DNA of 62,357 nucleotides, filler included. It is 5 parts of 5 records of this genome, joined end to end, with 100 filler letters (N's around TTAATTAATTAA, not from the genome) between each part and the next. Parts side by side here need not be neighbours in the genome. Positions count along the whole stretch, not along the records: positions 48,352 to 56,837 come from DRR723986_25672; positions 56,938 to 62,357 come from DRR723986_25675; 3 more parts are not named here. One strand, given 5' to 3'. A model generated the notes under the pieces. The model had not been told where the DNA came from and ran no database searches. It worked only from the letters and a program-made list of their open reading frames with translations. Made by a program: the position numbers and the translations under genes. Each line of letters starts with the position of its first letter. Position 1 is the first letter of the stretch. Shown here in pieces: positions 48,946-58,536 of the stretch.

Positions 48946-50376
48946 ATGACGAATACTGATGTTTGGCGTCTAAGCGCCACTGAAACCGTTGCGCGTACAA
49001 CCGCCGGAGAGCTAACCGCCGAAAACGCCGTAGCGGCCGCGTTGGACCGGATGGATGCGGTCAATCCTGACCTAAATGCGGTGGTCGATTTTTGCACCCA
49101 AGACGCCCAAACGCGTGCTCGGGATCTGGACAAAGCTCGCGCCAGCGGCGCCCCAACGGGACCACTGCATGGAGTTCCCGTTACAATCAAGATCAACGTC
49201 GATCAGACCGGCTATGCCAGCAGCAACGGCGTGGTCGCGCTCAAGGATCTGATTGCCCCAGCGGATGCACCCATTGTCGCGCGCCTTCAAGAGGCGGGGG
49301 CCGTCATCATCGGGCGTACAAATACGCCAGAGTTTTCATTTCGCGCGGACACCGACAATCCGCTGCACGGGCGTACGCACAACCCTTGGGGTCGACATGT
49401 GTCCCCCGGCGGATCATCCGGCGGCGCAGGGTCTGCTGTTATGGCCGGGATCGGGGCATTGGCCCATGGCAACGATATCGGCGGGTCCCTCCGGTTTCCG
49501 GCGGCAGCCAACGGGGCCGTAACAGTTAAGCCGGGGCTTGGTCGTGTCGCCGCATGGAATCCCAGCCAGACGGCAGAACGCGGCCTGTTGGCGCAATCGA
49601 TGTCAGTGCAGGGATTGCTCGCCCGGTCGGCCGAAGATCTGCATCTGTCCATGCCCACCATTATTCAGCCAGACGCACGGGACCCGTTTCACACCCCCCT
49701 GCCCTGGCGTGGATCTGAATTAGACGAACCGATTAAAGTTGGGTTCACCAAAAACACCTATGAATTCGACCTGCACCCAGAGGTGTCGCGGGCTCTGGAT
49801 ATTGCGCGCGACGCACTTGTCGACGCTGGGTACCAGATAGAAGAGGTTGATCCACCTCATTTGCGCGATTGCGGCATGGATGGCTATCGCGCCCTGATGG
49901 GCGAGGTTCTTGCGATGATGGGCGAGAGCGTGCGACAGTACGGATCCCCGACCATCAACGCGATATTTGACGAGTATTTCGAACAGTTCACGCCCTACAA
50001 AGACACTGAATTGCTCAATATGATGGCAAAGCGCAGCTTTTACGCCCGAGAATGGTCGGTGTTTCAGCAAGAGTACCCATTAGTGCTGTGTCCGTTTTTA
50101 CCGCAACCGTTCTTTGTTCCTGACCGTGACACCCAAGGTCCGGCAGGGGTTCGCGAAGTATTGGGGTCCGCGTTGTGGTCTTATTCGATGAACTTCATGG
50201 GGCTGCCCGCCGCTTGTGTTCCAACCCATGTTGCCGAGTTACCCCAAGGGCCACAGCCAATGAACGTTCAGATTGTGGCACGCCGTTGGCGCGAGGATCT
50301 CGCGGTGGATGCCGCAGTCGCAATTGAATCACGCGCGGGTCGAATGTGCGACGCACTTTGGCAACGCATGGCGTAA
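48946..50376 (+). CDS. Amidase-signature family enzyme
   Basis: Start ATG 48946 after GGGAG; GPLHGVPVTIK, GRTNTPEFS, GGSSGG, NDIGGSLR. Confidence 0.92.
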   Translation: MTNTDVWRLSATETVARTTAGELTAENAVAAALDRMDAVNPDLNAVVDFCTQDAQTRARDLDKARASGAPTGPLHGVPVTIKINVDQTGYASSNGVVALKDLIAPADAPIVARLQEAGAVIIGRTNTPEFSFRADTDNPLHGRTHNPWGRHVSPGGSSGGAGSAVMAGIGALAHGNDIGGSLRFPAAANGAVTVKPGLGRVAAWNPSQTAERGLLAQSMSVQGLLARSAEDLHLSMPTIIQPDARDPFHTPLPWRGSELDEPIKVGFTKNTYEFDLHPEVSRALDIARDALVDAGYQIEEVDPPHLRDCGMDGYRALMGEVLAMMGESVRQYGSPTINAIFDEYFEQFTPYKDTELLNMMAKRSFYAREWSVFQQEYPLVLCPFLPQPFFVPDRDTQGPAGVREVLGSALWSYSMNFMGLPAACVPTHVAELPQGPQPMNVQIVARRWREDLAVDAAVAIESRAGRMCDALWQRMA

Positions 50377-50429
50377 TCGAAACAGGCTGAGGGAGCGGCC
50401 TGTTCACTTTAAGAGGGAAGAGAAAAACA

Positions 50430-51989
50430 ATGCAGATAACCTCTGTTCTAAGACGTGCTGTTCAGGTGAACCCAACCGGAACGGCAACCATCTATCAGGG
50501 ACGCCAGCAAACTTGGACGCAGCTTCTGGATCGGGTGCAACGCCTTGCCGGCGCCCTGCAAACGCTTGGCATGAAACCTGGGGATCGGGTGGCCTTGCTG
50601 TCGCTGAACTCAGATCGCTATATCGAATACTTTTTTGCCACGGTTTGGGGCGGTGGCGCGATGATGCCAATGAACATTCGCTGGGCCCCAGCTGAATGCG
50701 CCTATGCCCTAAACGACGCAGGAGCGGAAATTCTTTTGGTGGATGAGGCATTTAAAGACGCCGCAGCCGCAATACAACCTGATGTCGCGGGCTTGAAAAC
50801 CGTTATCTACTGTGGAGACGGTGAAGTCCCCGAGGGAATGCAGGGATATGAGAAAATCCTAGCAGCAGCAGACCCTGCCGAGGATGCCGGGCGCGCGGAT
50901 GATGATCTGGCCGGGATCTTTTATACAGGCGGCACCACCGGCTTCCCCAAGGGTGTGATGCTATCGCATACCAATTTCTACGTCAGCGGAATTTCCAACG
51001 CGCAGGAAATCAAACTGGTAGATGGCACTGTTTACCTGCATGCCGCGCCAATGTTCCATATCGCGGATCTGTTGTTCTTTATGGCGGTCACATTTGTTGC
51101 TGGCACACATAGTGTCATCCCCATGTTCACGCCTGCCGCAACTCTTGAGGCGATCGAAACCACACGACCCTCGCACGTCTTGCTGGTTCCAGTGATGCTA
51201 CAAATGGTGCTTGCCGATCCAAAGCTAGACGAAACTGACATTTCGTCGCTTGAACTCATTGCGTATGGCGCCTCTCCCATCACCGAGGCCACGCTTGCTC
51301 AAGCCTTTGAACGTTTTCCCAATGCGGCATTCCTTCAGGCCTTTGGCCAAACCGAACTCAGCCCCGTCGCAACAATTTTGGACACCAAATACCACACACT
51401 CGACGGGCCGCACGCTGGCCGATTACGATCTGCTGGCCGTGCAACACGTGTGTGCGAGATCTGTATCCTTGACGATACCGGAACCCAAGTTCCACAGGGC
51501 GATATCGGACAGATCGCAGTCAAAGGCCCCATCACCATGCTGGGATACTGGAACAAACCAGACGTGACTGACGAAACCATTGTAAATGGCTGGGTGATGA
51601 CCGGAGACGCCGGATATATGGACGAAGAAGGTTTCGTCTATCTGATGGACCGGGTCAAAGACATGGTCGTATCAGGTGGTGAAAACGTCTATTCTGCCGA
51701 AGTCGAAAATGCACTTGGCCAGCACCCAGCCGTTGCAACAAGCGCGGTTATTGGCATCCCATCCAAACAGTGGGGCGAATCCGTACATGCGATTGTCATC
51801 CTGAACGAAGGCATGTCTATCACGCCCGAAGAGTTGATGGCCCACAGCCATACTTTGATTGCTGGCTACAAGTGCCCCCGCAGCGTTGAGTTCCGCACAG
51901 AGCCATTCCCATTGTCCGGGGCAAACAAAGTCCTGAAAACGGAACTGCGCAAACCTTTCTGGAAAGATCAGGATCGTCAGATTTCCTAA
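50430..51989 (+). CDS. Long-chain fatty acid--CoA ligase-like AMP-binding enzyme
   Basis: YTGGTTGFPKG, FGQTE, TGDAG, DRVKDMVVSGGENVY, NKVLK. Confidence 0.92.
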   Translation: MQITSVLRRAVQVNPTGTATIYQGRQQTWTQLLDRVQRLAGALQTLGMKPGDRVALLSLNSDRYIEYFFATVWGGGAMMPMNIRWAPAECAYALNDAGAEILLVDEAFKDAAAAIQPDVAGLKTVIYCGDGEVPEGMQGYEKILAAADPAEDAGRADDDLAGIFYTGGTTGFPKGVMLSHTNFYVSGISNAQEIKLVDGTVYLHAAPMFHIADLLFFMAVTFVAGTHSVIPMFTPAATLEAIETTRPSHVLLVPVMLQMVLADPKLDETDISSLELIAYGASPITEATLAQAFERFPNAAFLQAFGQTELSPVATILDTKYHTLDGPHAGRLRSAGRATRVCEICILDDTGTQVPQGDIGQIAVKGPITMLGYWNKPDVTDETIVNGWVMTGDAGYMDEEGFVYLMDRVKDMVVSGGENVYSAEVENALGQHPAVATSAVIGIPSKQWGESVHAIVILNEGMSITPEELMAHSHTLIAGYKCPRSVEFRTEPFPLSGANKVLKTELRKPFWKDQDRQIS

Positions 51990-51994
51990 CCCCT

Positions 51995-52046
51995 AAAAGA
52001 AATAGATCCCGGGATGCGAGCATTTGACTGCAAGCACCCCGGGATC
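51995..52046 (-). terminator. Rho-independent terminator on the minus strand
   Basis: Minus strand GATCCCGGGGTGC...GCATCCCGGGATC 13-bp stem (one G-U pair, only on this strand) followed by TATTTCTTTT. Confidence 0.75.
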
Positions 52047-52185
52047 GAGCCGGAACCAATAAAACCAACATCTAATGTTACAGACGCCTTGATGGGCGCG
52101 ACGCCTACATATGCAAAACATGCAAAACTCACCTAATACGGCTCCCCGGGACGGCCACTCACCTCCGCGCCGGGCTTTGATGTCA
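51995..52185 (-). ncRNA. Candidate small RNA (or long 3' UTR) downstream of the NAD kinase gene
   Basis: About 280-nt intergenic region with a strong terminator some 230 nt from the nearest same-strand stop and internal repeated motifs; 5' end is a guess. Confidence 0.35.
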
Positions 52186-52271
52186 GTAACTTAGGTATAC
52201 CCGGGTGAATCAGTGGTGACTGTGACCTGCTTCACAAACGATGAAATTTTCCGCAGAATTCATCTGAATGG

Positions 52272-53033
52272 TTAAGTAAATTGCTCTGATATCAGACGCT
52301 CTTCGAGCCCATGCCCAGGATCGAACAGAATGTTGTGGCCAATCGCGGGTTCGGACCGAATCTCAACCCAATCGATATCTGTGATCGAGATTGAATCCGC
52401 ATCTGCCATCACCGGGCGCTTGTCTGGGTCAACCACGTCAAAACGGACCTGTGCCGTTTTTGGCAACAAGGCCCCCCGCCACCGACGTGGGCGGAACGCT
52501 GCAATTGCGGTCAGCGCCAAAACATCTGACCCAATCGGCAAGATCGGCCCATGTGCAGAATAGTTATACGCCGTAGAGCCAGCAGGTGTTGCGACCAGTG
52601 CCCCGTCACAGACTAGTTCTGCCAAGCGCACCCGTCCATCAACCGAGATTCGCAATTTGGCCGCCTGCGGTCCCGCGCGCAGCAATGACACCTCGTTTAT
52701 CGCCAAAGCTTCGTGCATCTGACCGGATTGATCCATCGCCCGCATAGACAGCGGATTGATGACTTCTTCTTCTGCCTCGGACAGACGGTCAATGAGATCG
52801 GTTTCGTTGTATTCATTCATCAGAAAACCAATCGTCCCCCGGTTCATTCCATAAACCGGAGCTGGAAGGTGCTGTGTATTGTGCAACGTGCGGAGCATGA
52901 ACCCGTCACCGCCAAGCGCCACAATAACATCAGCATTGCCTGGCGCCGCATTGCCGTATCGCCCGATCAAAGTCGCCCGGGCAGTTTGGGCAACCGGGGC
53001 CTCGCTGGCAAGAAAGGCGATTCTTTTGGTCAT
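52272..53033 (-). CDS. nadK: NAD kinase
   Basis: Start ATG 53033 (MTKRIAF); LGGDG, GTIGFLMN, AINEV, DGALVATPAGSTAYNYSAHGP. Confidence 0.95.
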   Translation of the reverse strand: MTKRIAFLASEAPVAQTARATLIGRYGNAAPGNADVIVALGGDGFMLRTLHNTQHLPAPVYGMNRGTIGFLMNEYNETDLIDRLSEAEEEVINPLSMRAMDQSGQMHEALAINEVSLLRAGPQAAKLRISVDGRVRLAELVCDGALVATPAGSTAYNYSAHGPILPIGSDVLALTAIAAFRPRRWRGALLPKTAQVRFDVVDPDKRPVMADADSISITDIDWVEIRSEPAIGHNILFDPGHGLEERLISEQFT

Positions 53034-53200
53034 GACTGGAGGTTTCCGGTGTTGCGCATTCGGTTCCGAAACAATCATACCTTTCCCCAAGAGGCCAGCC
53101 TTGACGCCGCAGCGAGCCAATTCGTCGCTTTCCGGTCTTCCTGACCCATACCGTTTCCGATAGGAAACCGTCAAATCAACTCAGCTATTCGGAGCTCCCC

Positions 53201-54496
53201 ATGACTGCGTCCAACACCGATACCGGCTTTTTCACCGAGTCCCTTTCTTCGCGCGATCCCGAACTGTTCGGATCGATCACATCTGAACTTGGCCGTCAAC
53301 GCGACGAGATCGAATTGATCGCATCCGAGAACATCGTTTCCGCAGCAGTGATGGAAGCGCAGGGTTCGGTTCTGACCAACAAATACGCCGAAGGTTACCC
53401 AGGGCGCCGTTACTATGGTGGCTGTCAGTTTGTGGATGTTGCCGAAAACCTGGCCATTGATCGCGCCAAGCAGTTGTTCAACTGCGAATTCGCCAACGTT
53501 CAGCCCAACTCAGGCTCTCAGGCCAACCAAGGTGTGTTCCAAGCGCTGCTTCAGCCAGGCGACACCATCTTGGGCATGTCGCTGGATGCCGGTGGCCACC
53601 TGACACACGGTGCCAAACCCAACCAGTCGGGCAAATGGTTCAACGCGGTTCAGTACGGCGTGCGCAAAGAAGACAACATGCTGGACTATGATCAGGTCGA
53701 AGCCCTGGCCAAAGAACACCAGCCCAAAATGATCATCGCTGGTGGTTCTGCTATCCCGCGTCAGATCGACTTTGCCCGCATGCGTGAGATCGCCGACATG
53801 GTTGGTGCCTATCTGCACGTCGACATGGCGCACTTTGCCGGTCTGGTCGCCGCCGGAGAGCACCCTTCGCCGTTCCCACACGCCCACGTGGCCACGACAA
53901 CCACACACAAAACCCTGCGTGGCCCACGCGGCGGCATGATCGTGACCAATGACGAAGCGATTGCTAAGAAAGTAAACTCAGCGATCTTTCCCGGCATTCA
54001 GGGTGGTCCGTTGATGCACGTGATCGCAGGTAAAGCCGTTGCATTTGGCGAGGCGCTGCGTCCCGAGTTCAAGTCCTACATCAAGAACGTCATCAACAAC
54101 GCGCAGGCGCTATCAGACCAACTGATCAAGGGTGGTTTGGACACTGTTACCCACGGCACCGACACTCATGTTGTGCTGGTCGATCTGCGCCCCAAAGGCG
54201 TGACAGGCAACATCGTTGATAAAGCATTGGGCCGCGCGCACATCACTTGCAACAAAAATGGCGTGCCATTTGACCCTGAAAAGCCAACCGTAACATCGGG
54301 CATCCGCTTGGGATCTCCTGCCGGCACCACCCGTGGGTTTGGTGAGGCTGAATTCCGTCAAATCGCGGATTGGATCATCGAAGTGGTTGATGGTCTGGCT
54401 GCAAATGGCGCAGACGGCAACGCCGCCGTTGAGGAAAAAGTAAAGTCTGAAGTCGCAGAACTCTGCGCGCGCTTCCCGCTGTACCCAAACCTCTAA
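53201..54496 (+). CDS. glyA: Serine hydroxymethyltransferase
   Basis: [35 protein letters not shown] (PLP lysine), SGIRLG. Confidence 0.99.
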   Translation: MTASNTDTGFFTESLSSRDPELFGSITSELGRQRDEIELIASENIVSAAVMEAQGSVLTNKYAEGYPGRRYYGGCQFVDVAENLAIDRAKQLFNCEFANVQPNSGSQANQGVFQALLQPGDTILGMSLDAGGHLTHGAKPNQSGKWFNAVQYGVRKEDNMLDYDQVEALAKEHQPKMIIAGGSAIPRQIDFARMREIADMVGAYLHVDMAHFAGLVAAGEHPSPFPHAHVATTTTHKTLRGPRGGMIVTNDEAIAKKVNSAIFPGIQGGPLMHVIAGKAVAFGEALRPEFKSYIKNVINNAQALSDQLIKGGLDTVTHGTDTHVVLVDLRPKGVTGNIVDKALGRAHITCNKNGVPFDPEKPTVTSGIRLGSPAGTTRGFGEAEFRQIADWIIEVVDGLAANGADGNAAVEEKVKSEVAELCARFPLYPNL

Positions 54497-54630
54497 GATA
54501 AATCAGGCTGGTCGCACACGCGGCCAGCTCTGCACGGGCGGCATCCGTTGGGTGCCACCCATTTTTACACCAGCGTTTCCGGCTCACCCCTGGACGCCGT
54601 GGTAAGGCTTCGAAAGCCTGCGGCATTGCT

Positions 54631-55005
54631 TCAGATGAAGTCGCGCCACCAGAGGAACAAAACCAAAAGCACCGTTGCGATCAAAATGTTGAAGGCAAGA
54701 CCGCCCAACATGCCAAGCCACCAGCCCTTGCGCCGATCTGCCAAATCGATTGAGTTGAGATACGCAGTCACTTCGTGTGTTGCAGACCCCAGCCCAGCCA
54801 GATCCAGCGTCAGGCTCAGCTTTGGGTGATGGGCCAGAGATTCAACCTTGGCCAGAGACATTGCTTGTTTGTGGATGCGTCTTGGCAGGCGATGTTTCGC
54901 CTTACGCAGAGCGTTGGACAAAGATTTACCGCGCACCCCCAGTTTTTGATGCAACAGGGTGCTGATCTGAGCGATCTGATCTTGGGCTGACATAGTCTCT
55001 GACAC
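54631..55005 (-). CDS. Hypothetical protein with C-terminal TM helix
   Basis: 124-aa ORF with GGAGG upstream and a hydrophobic C-terminus; fills the gap between glyA and the hydrolase. Confidence 0.7.
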   Translation of the reverse strand: MSETMSAQDQIAQISTLLHQKLGVRGKSLSNALRKAKHRLPRRIHKQAMSLAKVESLAHHPKLSLTLDLAGLGSATHEVTAYLNSIDLADRRKGWWLGMLGGLAFNILIATVLLVLFLWWRDFI

Positions 55006-55096
55006 GGGCGGGCCTCCTGGCGGGCACCCTACTTTAGACGCTGCGCGGGCTCAATGGGGCTAGTCGTAAGAGGCCCAGCCGGGTATCACCACATCT

Positions 55097-55855
55097 ATGC
55101 TAACTTCTATTTCCCACGGAACCGCCACTGAACGCCCGCCCCTGATTATTGCACATGGGCTTTACGGCTCTGCCCGCAATTGGGGTGTGATCGCAAAACG
55201 CCTGTCAGACACCAGACAAGTGATTGCCGTCGACATGCGAAATCATGGCAACAGCCCGTGGACCGCTGTGCACGACTACCCCTCAATGGCAGATGATCTG
55301 GCAGAAGTCATAAGTGAGCATGGCGGAATTGCAGATGTCGTCGGACATTCGATGGGTGGCAAAGCGTCGATGGTTTTGGCGCTGCAGCACCCCCAACTGG
55401 TGCGCAAACTGACCGTCGCGGATATCGCGCCAGTTTCCTATGGACACAGTCAGATCCAATTCATTAAAGCCATGCAATCCATCGATCTGAGCCAAATCGA
55501 ACGCCGGTCTGATGTCGAAGCCCTGTTAGCGGAACAGGGCGTCGAAAAAGCCCTGCAAAGCTTTTTCACGCAATCTCTGGATATTCCCGGAAAGAAATGG
55601 CGTCTCAACCTTGAACTGCTCGGTGCGGAAATGCCCAAAATCATGAGCTTTCCTGACCTGCCCACCCAATGGGCGGGGCCGGCCTTGTTCCTGTCGGGGG
55701 GCGCATCCGATTATGTGCTGCCTGAACATCGCGATACCATCCGCGGATATTTCCCCAAGGCCAAATTTGCCAAAATCCCAGGTGCAGGCCATTGGTTGCA
55801 TGCAGAAAAGCCGCGCGAATTCGAAGCCGCCACCCGCGCGTTTCTGGATGCCTAA
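55097..55855 (+). CDS. Alpha/beta hydrolase, YbfF-like esterase
   Basis: HGLYGS, DMRNHG, GHSMGG nucleophile elbow, GHWLHAE. Confidence 0.92.
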   Translation: MLTSISHGTATERPPLIIAHGLYGSARNWGVIAKRLSDTRQVIAVDMRNHGNSPWTAVHDYPSMADDLAEVISEHGGIADVVGHSMGGKASMVLALQHPQLVRKLTVADIAPVSYGHSQIQFIKAMQSIDLSQIERRSDVEALLAEQGVEKALQSFFTQSLDIPGKKWRLNLELLGAEMPKIMSFPDLPTQWAGPALFLSGGASDYVLPEHRDTIRGYFPKAKFAKIPGAGHWLHAEKPREFEAATRAFLDA

Positions 55856-55858
55856 GGC

Positions 55859-56050
55859 TTAGCCTGCTGGATCATTATACAGTTTTTTGGCCAGCACCCA
55901 CGAGATGGGTGCGCCAGCCACAAATCCGATTGCAGCGGACAACAAGATCGCGTTCACCGACACATACCCAGCGGCCAGAACGATAATCACCCCAGTACCC
56001 GCCAGCGCGGTTGAAATCAAAGTAAAAAGAATCGAAGCGAGGCGTACCAT
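55859..56050 (-). CDS. Small (63 aa) two-TM membrane protein
   Basis: ATG 56050 preceded by AGGAG; two hydrophobic segments. Confidence 0.75.
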   Translation of the reverse strand: MVRLASILFTLISTALAGTGVIIVLAAGYVSVNAILLSAAIGFVAGAPISWVLAKKLYNDPAG

Positions 56051-56110
56051 TTCGGCATTCTCCTGTTGAATGTGTTGAGGGTGTCCTACCTCCCCCACCC
56101 CTGCCTCGCT

Positions 56111-56124
56111 TTGATCTCGATCAG
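56111..56124. promoter_or_regulatory. Putative FNR/FnrL box
   Basis: TTGAT-CTCG-ATCAG vs consensus TTGAT-N4-ATCAA (1 mismatch), about 60-75 bp upstream of ATG 56050. Confidence 0.5.
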
Positions 56125-56132
56125 CTGGTTTT

Positions 56133-56525
56133 CTACATTCCGGAATCTGCAGGTTCGATCACTGGCGCACCCGCCTTTTTCCAATCCTCGAACCCACCAA
56201 GATTAAATACCTCTTGGAACCCCATATCTTTCAAAAGCTTGCCAGCCAAAGCCGCCCGCCCGCCCGAAGCGCAATGGAGTATGATAACTCGATCGGGGCG
56301 CAGCTCAGGGTCGTAAAACGGCGTATTTTTGTCGGCGCGGAACTCCAACATCCCACGGGGGATATGGTGCGAGCCTACAGCCCGGCCGCTCTGCTCAAGC
56401 TCTAAGGTGTCACGCACATCCAACAACAAAGCGCCCTGTGCCATCATGTCCTGCGCTTTGGCGCTGTCGATACGTGCTACAGCCGCGTTAGCAGCCTCCA
56501 TCATAGATTGTACTGTAAGTGCCAC
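56133..56525 (-). CDS. Single-domain rhodanese-like sulfurtransferase
   Basis: LLDVRD, HIPRGMLEF, active-site loop HCASGGRA, NLGGFEDW; GAGGA upstream of GTG. Confidence 0.9.
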   Translation of the reverse strand: MALTVQSMMEAANAAVARIDSAKAQDMMAQGALLLDVRDTLELEQSGRAVGSHHIPRGMLEFRADKNTPFYDPELRPDRVIILHCASGGRAALAGKLLKDMGFQEVFNLGGFEDWKKAGAPVIEPADSGM

Positions 56526-56808
56526 TGGCGGTTCCTCTCAACAAGTCGTGCGAGATTAATATGCAAAGAGCTGCAAGTGTAGCAACAGTTTCTTTGAAAA
56601 TGCCAAGGCAAATAGGACTTGTGGGGTTTTAGGGCTTGCTGCACTCAAAGGGATTACACCCTCCCGTTTCGACGCCCCCCCACCATCAACCACTACTTTG
56701 CGCAGAGCTTTCTCTTATGGAAAAGCAGGCAAAATCCCTACCCCTACAAAGAGCATCTGGCAAAGCTCACTAAGAGCTATATTATCTACAATGCCTTAAG
56801 AAAGAGAG

Positions 56809-56837
56809 TGGTGCGGGCGGTGGGACTCGAACCCACA
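56809..56837 (-). tRNA. 3' 29 nt of a tRNA, probably tRNA-Leu; truncated, anticodon not visible
   Basis: Minus strand TGTGGGTTCGAGTCCCACCGCCCGCACCA: T-arm with TTCGA loop, acceptor strand, discriminator A and CCA. Confidence 0.75.
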
Positions 56838-56937
56838 NNNNNNNNNNNNNNNNNNNNNNNNNNNNNNNNNNNNNNNNNNNNTTAATTAATTAANNNNNNN
56901 NNNNNNNNNNNNNNNNNNNNNNNNNNNNNNNNNNNNN
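56838..56937. other. Artificial contig linker
   Basis: N44-TTAATTAATTAA-N44. Confidence 0.99.
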
Positions 56938-57922
56938 TCGGGTGGAAGTTGGTCGAGAAAATCACCAAGGTGTCAAAGGGGACTTCGAATTTTTCGCCGG
57001 ATTGCAGGCCAAGGATATCCTTGCTCTCTTCCAACGGAACGATCCATCGGTTGATCAAGGCCTGCGGTGATTCAGCCTGACGACCAAGGTCATCCACGAT
57101 AAAGATGCCGCCGGTCGCTTTCAGTTGAAGCGGGGCCTGATAGGTGCGTGCGGTTGGGTTGTAGACAAGATCGAGCATCGACAGCGAGAGTTCACCGCCG
57201 GTGACAACAGTCGGGCGCTCACAACAGACGTAACGTGCATCGAACCGCTTGCGGCGACGCAATTGCGTTGGATCGTCTGGTTCTTGTTCGATGGCGGTAT
57301 GCACAATTGGATCATAGACAGTGATGACCTGCCCAGAATATTCGATAGCACGCGGTACATAAACTTTGTCGCCCAATGCATCGCGAATACCATTTGAAAT
57401 GGACGATTTTCCGTTGCCGGGTGGCCCGTACATCAGGATAGACCGTCCGGCGCTGACCGCAGGGCCTAAGTGATCGAGTAAACTATCCGGGAGAACGAGA
57501 TGGCCCATCGCATTCAGCAACTGATGGCGGCTGACCTGGATATTGCGGATTGATTGGCGTTTTACCTGTTCCTGGTAGACGTCGAGCGGGACTGGCATCG
57601 CGCCAAAATACTCTGACTGGGCCAAAGCATCCAATGCGCGGGCTTTGCCGGTGTCGGTTAGCTGATACCCCATCTCGTTGCCGCTGTTGGCATTCAGGGT
57701 GCCGGTCGCTTCTAACAACTTTTGATCGCGCGCCATATCGACCAGCTCTTGCGTGGTGGTCAGGGGCAGGCTGATGGCTTCGCTGATTTCGCTGACCATG
57801 TTGGTGTTTTTGCGAAAGATCGTCTTCAACAGAATGTCGCGCATCATGACAAGCGGCAACTTCATCTCTGACAACGTCGTTGGAGAGGGAGGCGCACTCA
57901 CAGTAGGCGTTTGCATATTCAT
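56938..57922 (-). CDS. AAA-type P-loop ATPase adjacent to the tad locus (3' truncated)
   Basis: YGPPGNGKS Walker A, IFIVDDLGRQ Walker B, FSTN sensor. Confidence 0.88.
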
Positions 57923-58038
57923 TTTTGAAACCCGTCGATTGCAGTCACCACGATTCTACGAGAGATCCCCGTATGATCCCAATTTTGGCGGCGTAATGTG
58001 GCAGTACAAGGGCACCGCTTTGGCGGAACCAAGATCGA

Positions 58039-58533
58039 TTAGCTGCCGAATTGCGTGCCAAGAATGAGGTACAAAGCCAGACTGCCGCCGAGGCTCAGAC
58101 CCATCGGGAATTTCCACCCCATGTCCCAGCTTTTCCAACCGGGAGCGATCCGGCGCAGGGGGGTGTATTTGGCCAGACGGTGAGTTGCAAAAGCAGCCAG
58201 CAAGTTGGCGGCAAACAAGGCCATGAGCACGCGTAAATCCCCAACCATGATATAGGGGGCAGCAGCGGCCGCAAATTTGGCATCACCTGCACCAATTGCG
58301 CCACCAGCATTCAACAGAACCCCCAGCACAAGAACAATGATCATCTGGGCAAGCTGCCAGCCATATGTCGGCAGGGGCAGCAGGAACGGGCCAATCACGA
58401 TAAAGACCACCGCCAGCGCCATCACGGCCTGATTGGTGATGCGCATCTCGCGCAGATCTGTAAACGCAACGTAAAAACAGATCGGCAAAACAAAGGGTAG
58501 AAACCACAGGGCAACGTGAGCCGGGAGTTCCAT
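58039..58533 (-). CDS. cpaA: Flp prepilin peptidase (A24, CpaA/TadV)
   Basis: TDLREMRITN and GAGDAK catalytic Asp motifs, FPMG; tad context. Confidence 0.88.
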   Translation of the reverse strand: MELPAHVALWFLPFVLPICFYVAFTDLREMRITNQAVMALAVVFIVIGPFLLPLPTYGWQLAQMIIVLVLGVLLNAGGAIGAGDAKFAAAAAPYIMVGDLRVLMALFAANLLAAFATHRLAKYTPLRRIAPGWKSWDMGWKFPMGLSLGGSLALYLILGTQFGS

Positions 58534-58536
58534 CCT

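Noticed and set aside
53034-53200. ZTP riboswitch upstream of glyA
   Set aside because: Only a small hairpin (GTTTCC-GATA-GGAAAC) is visible; the conserved ZTP aptamer and pseudoknot motifs were not found
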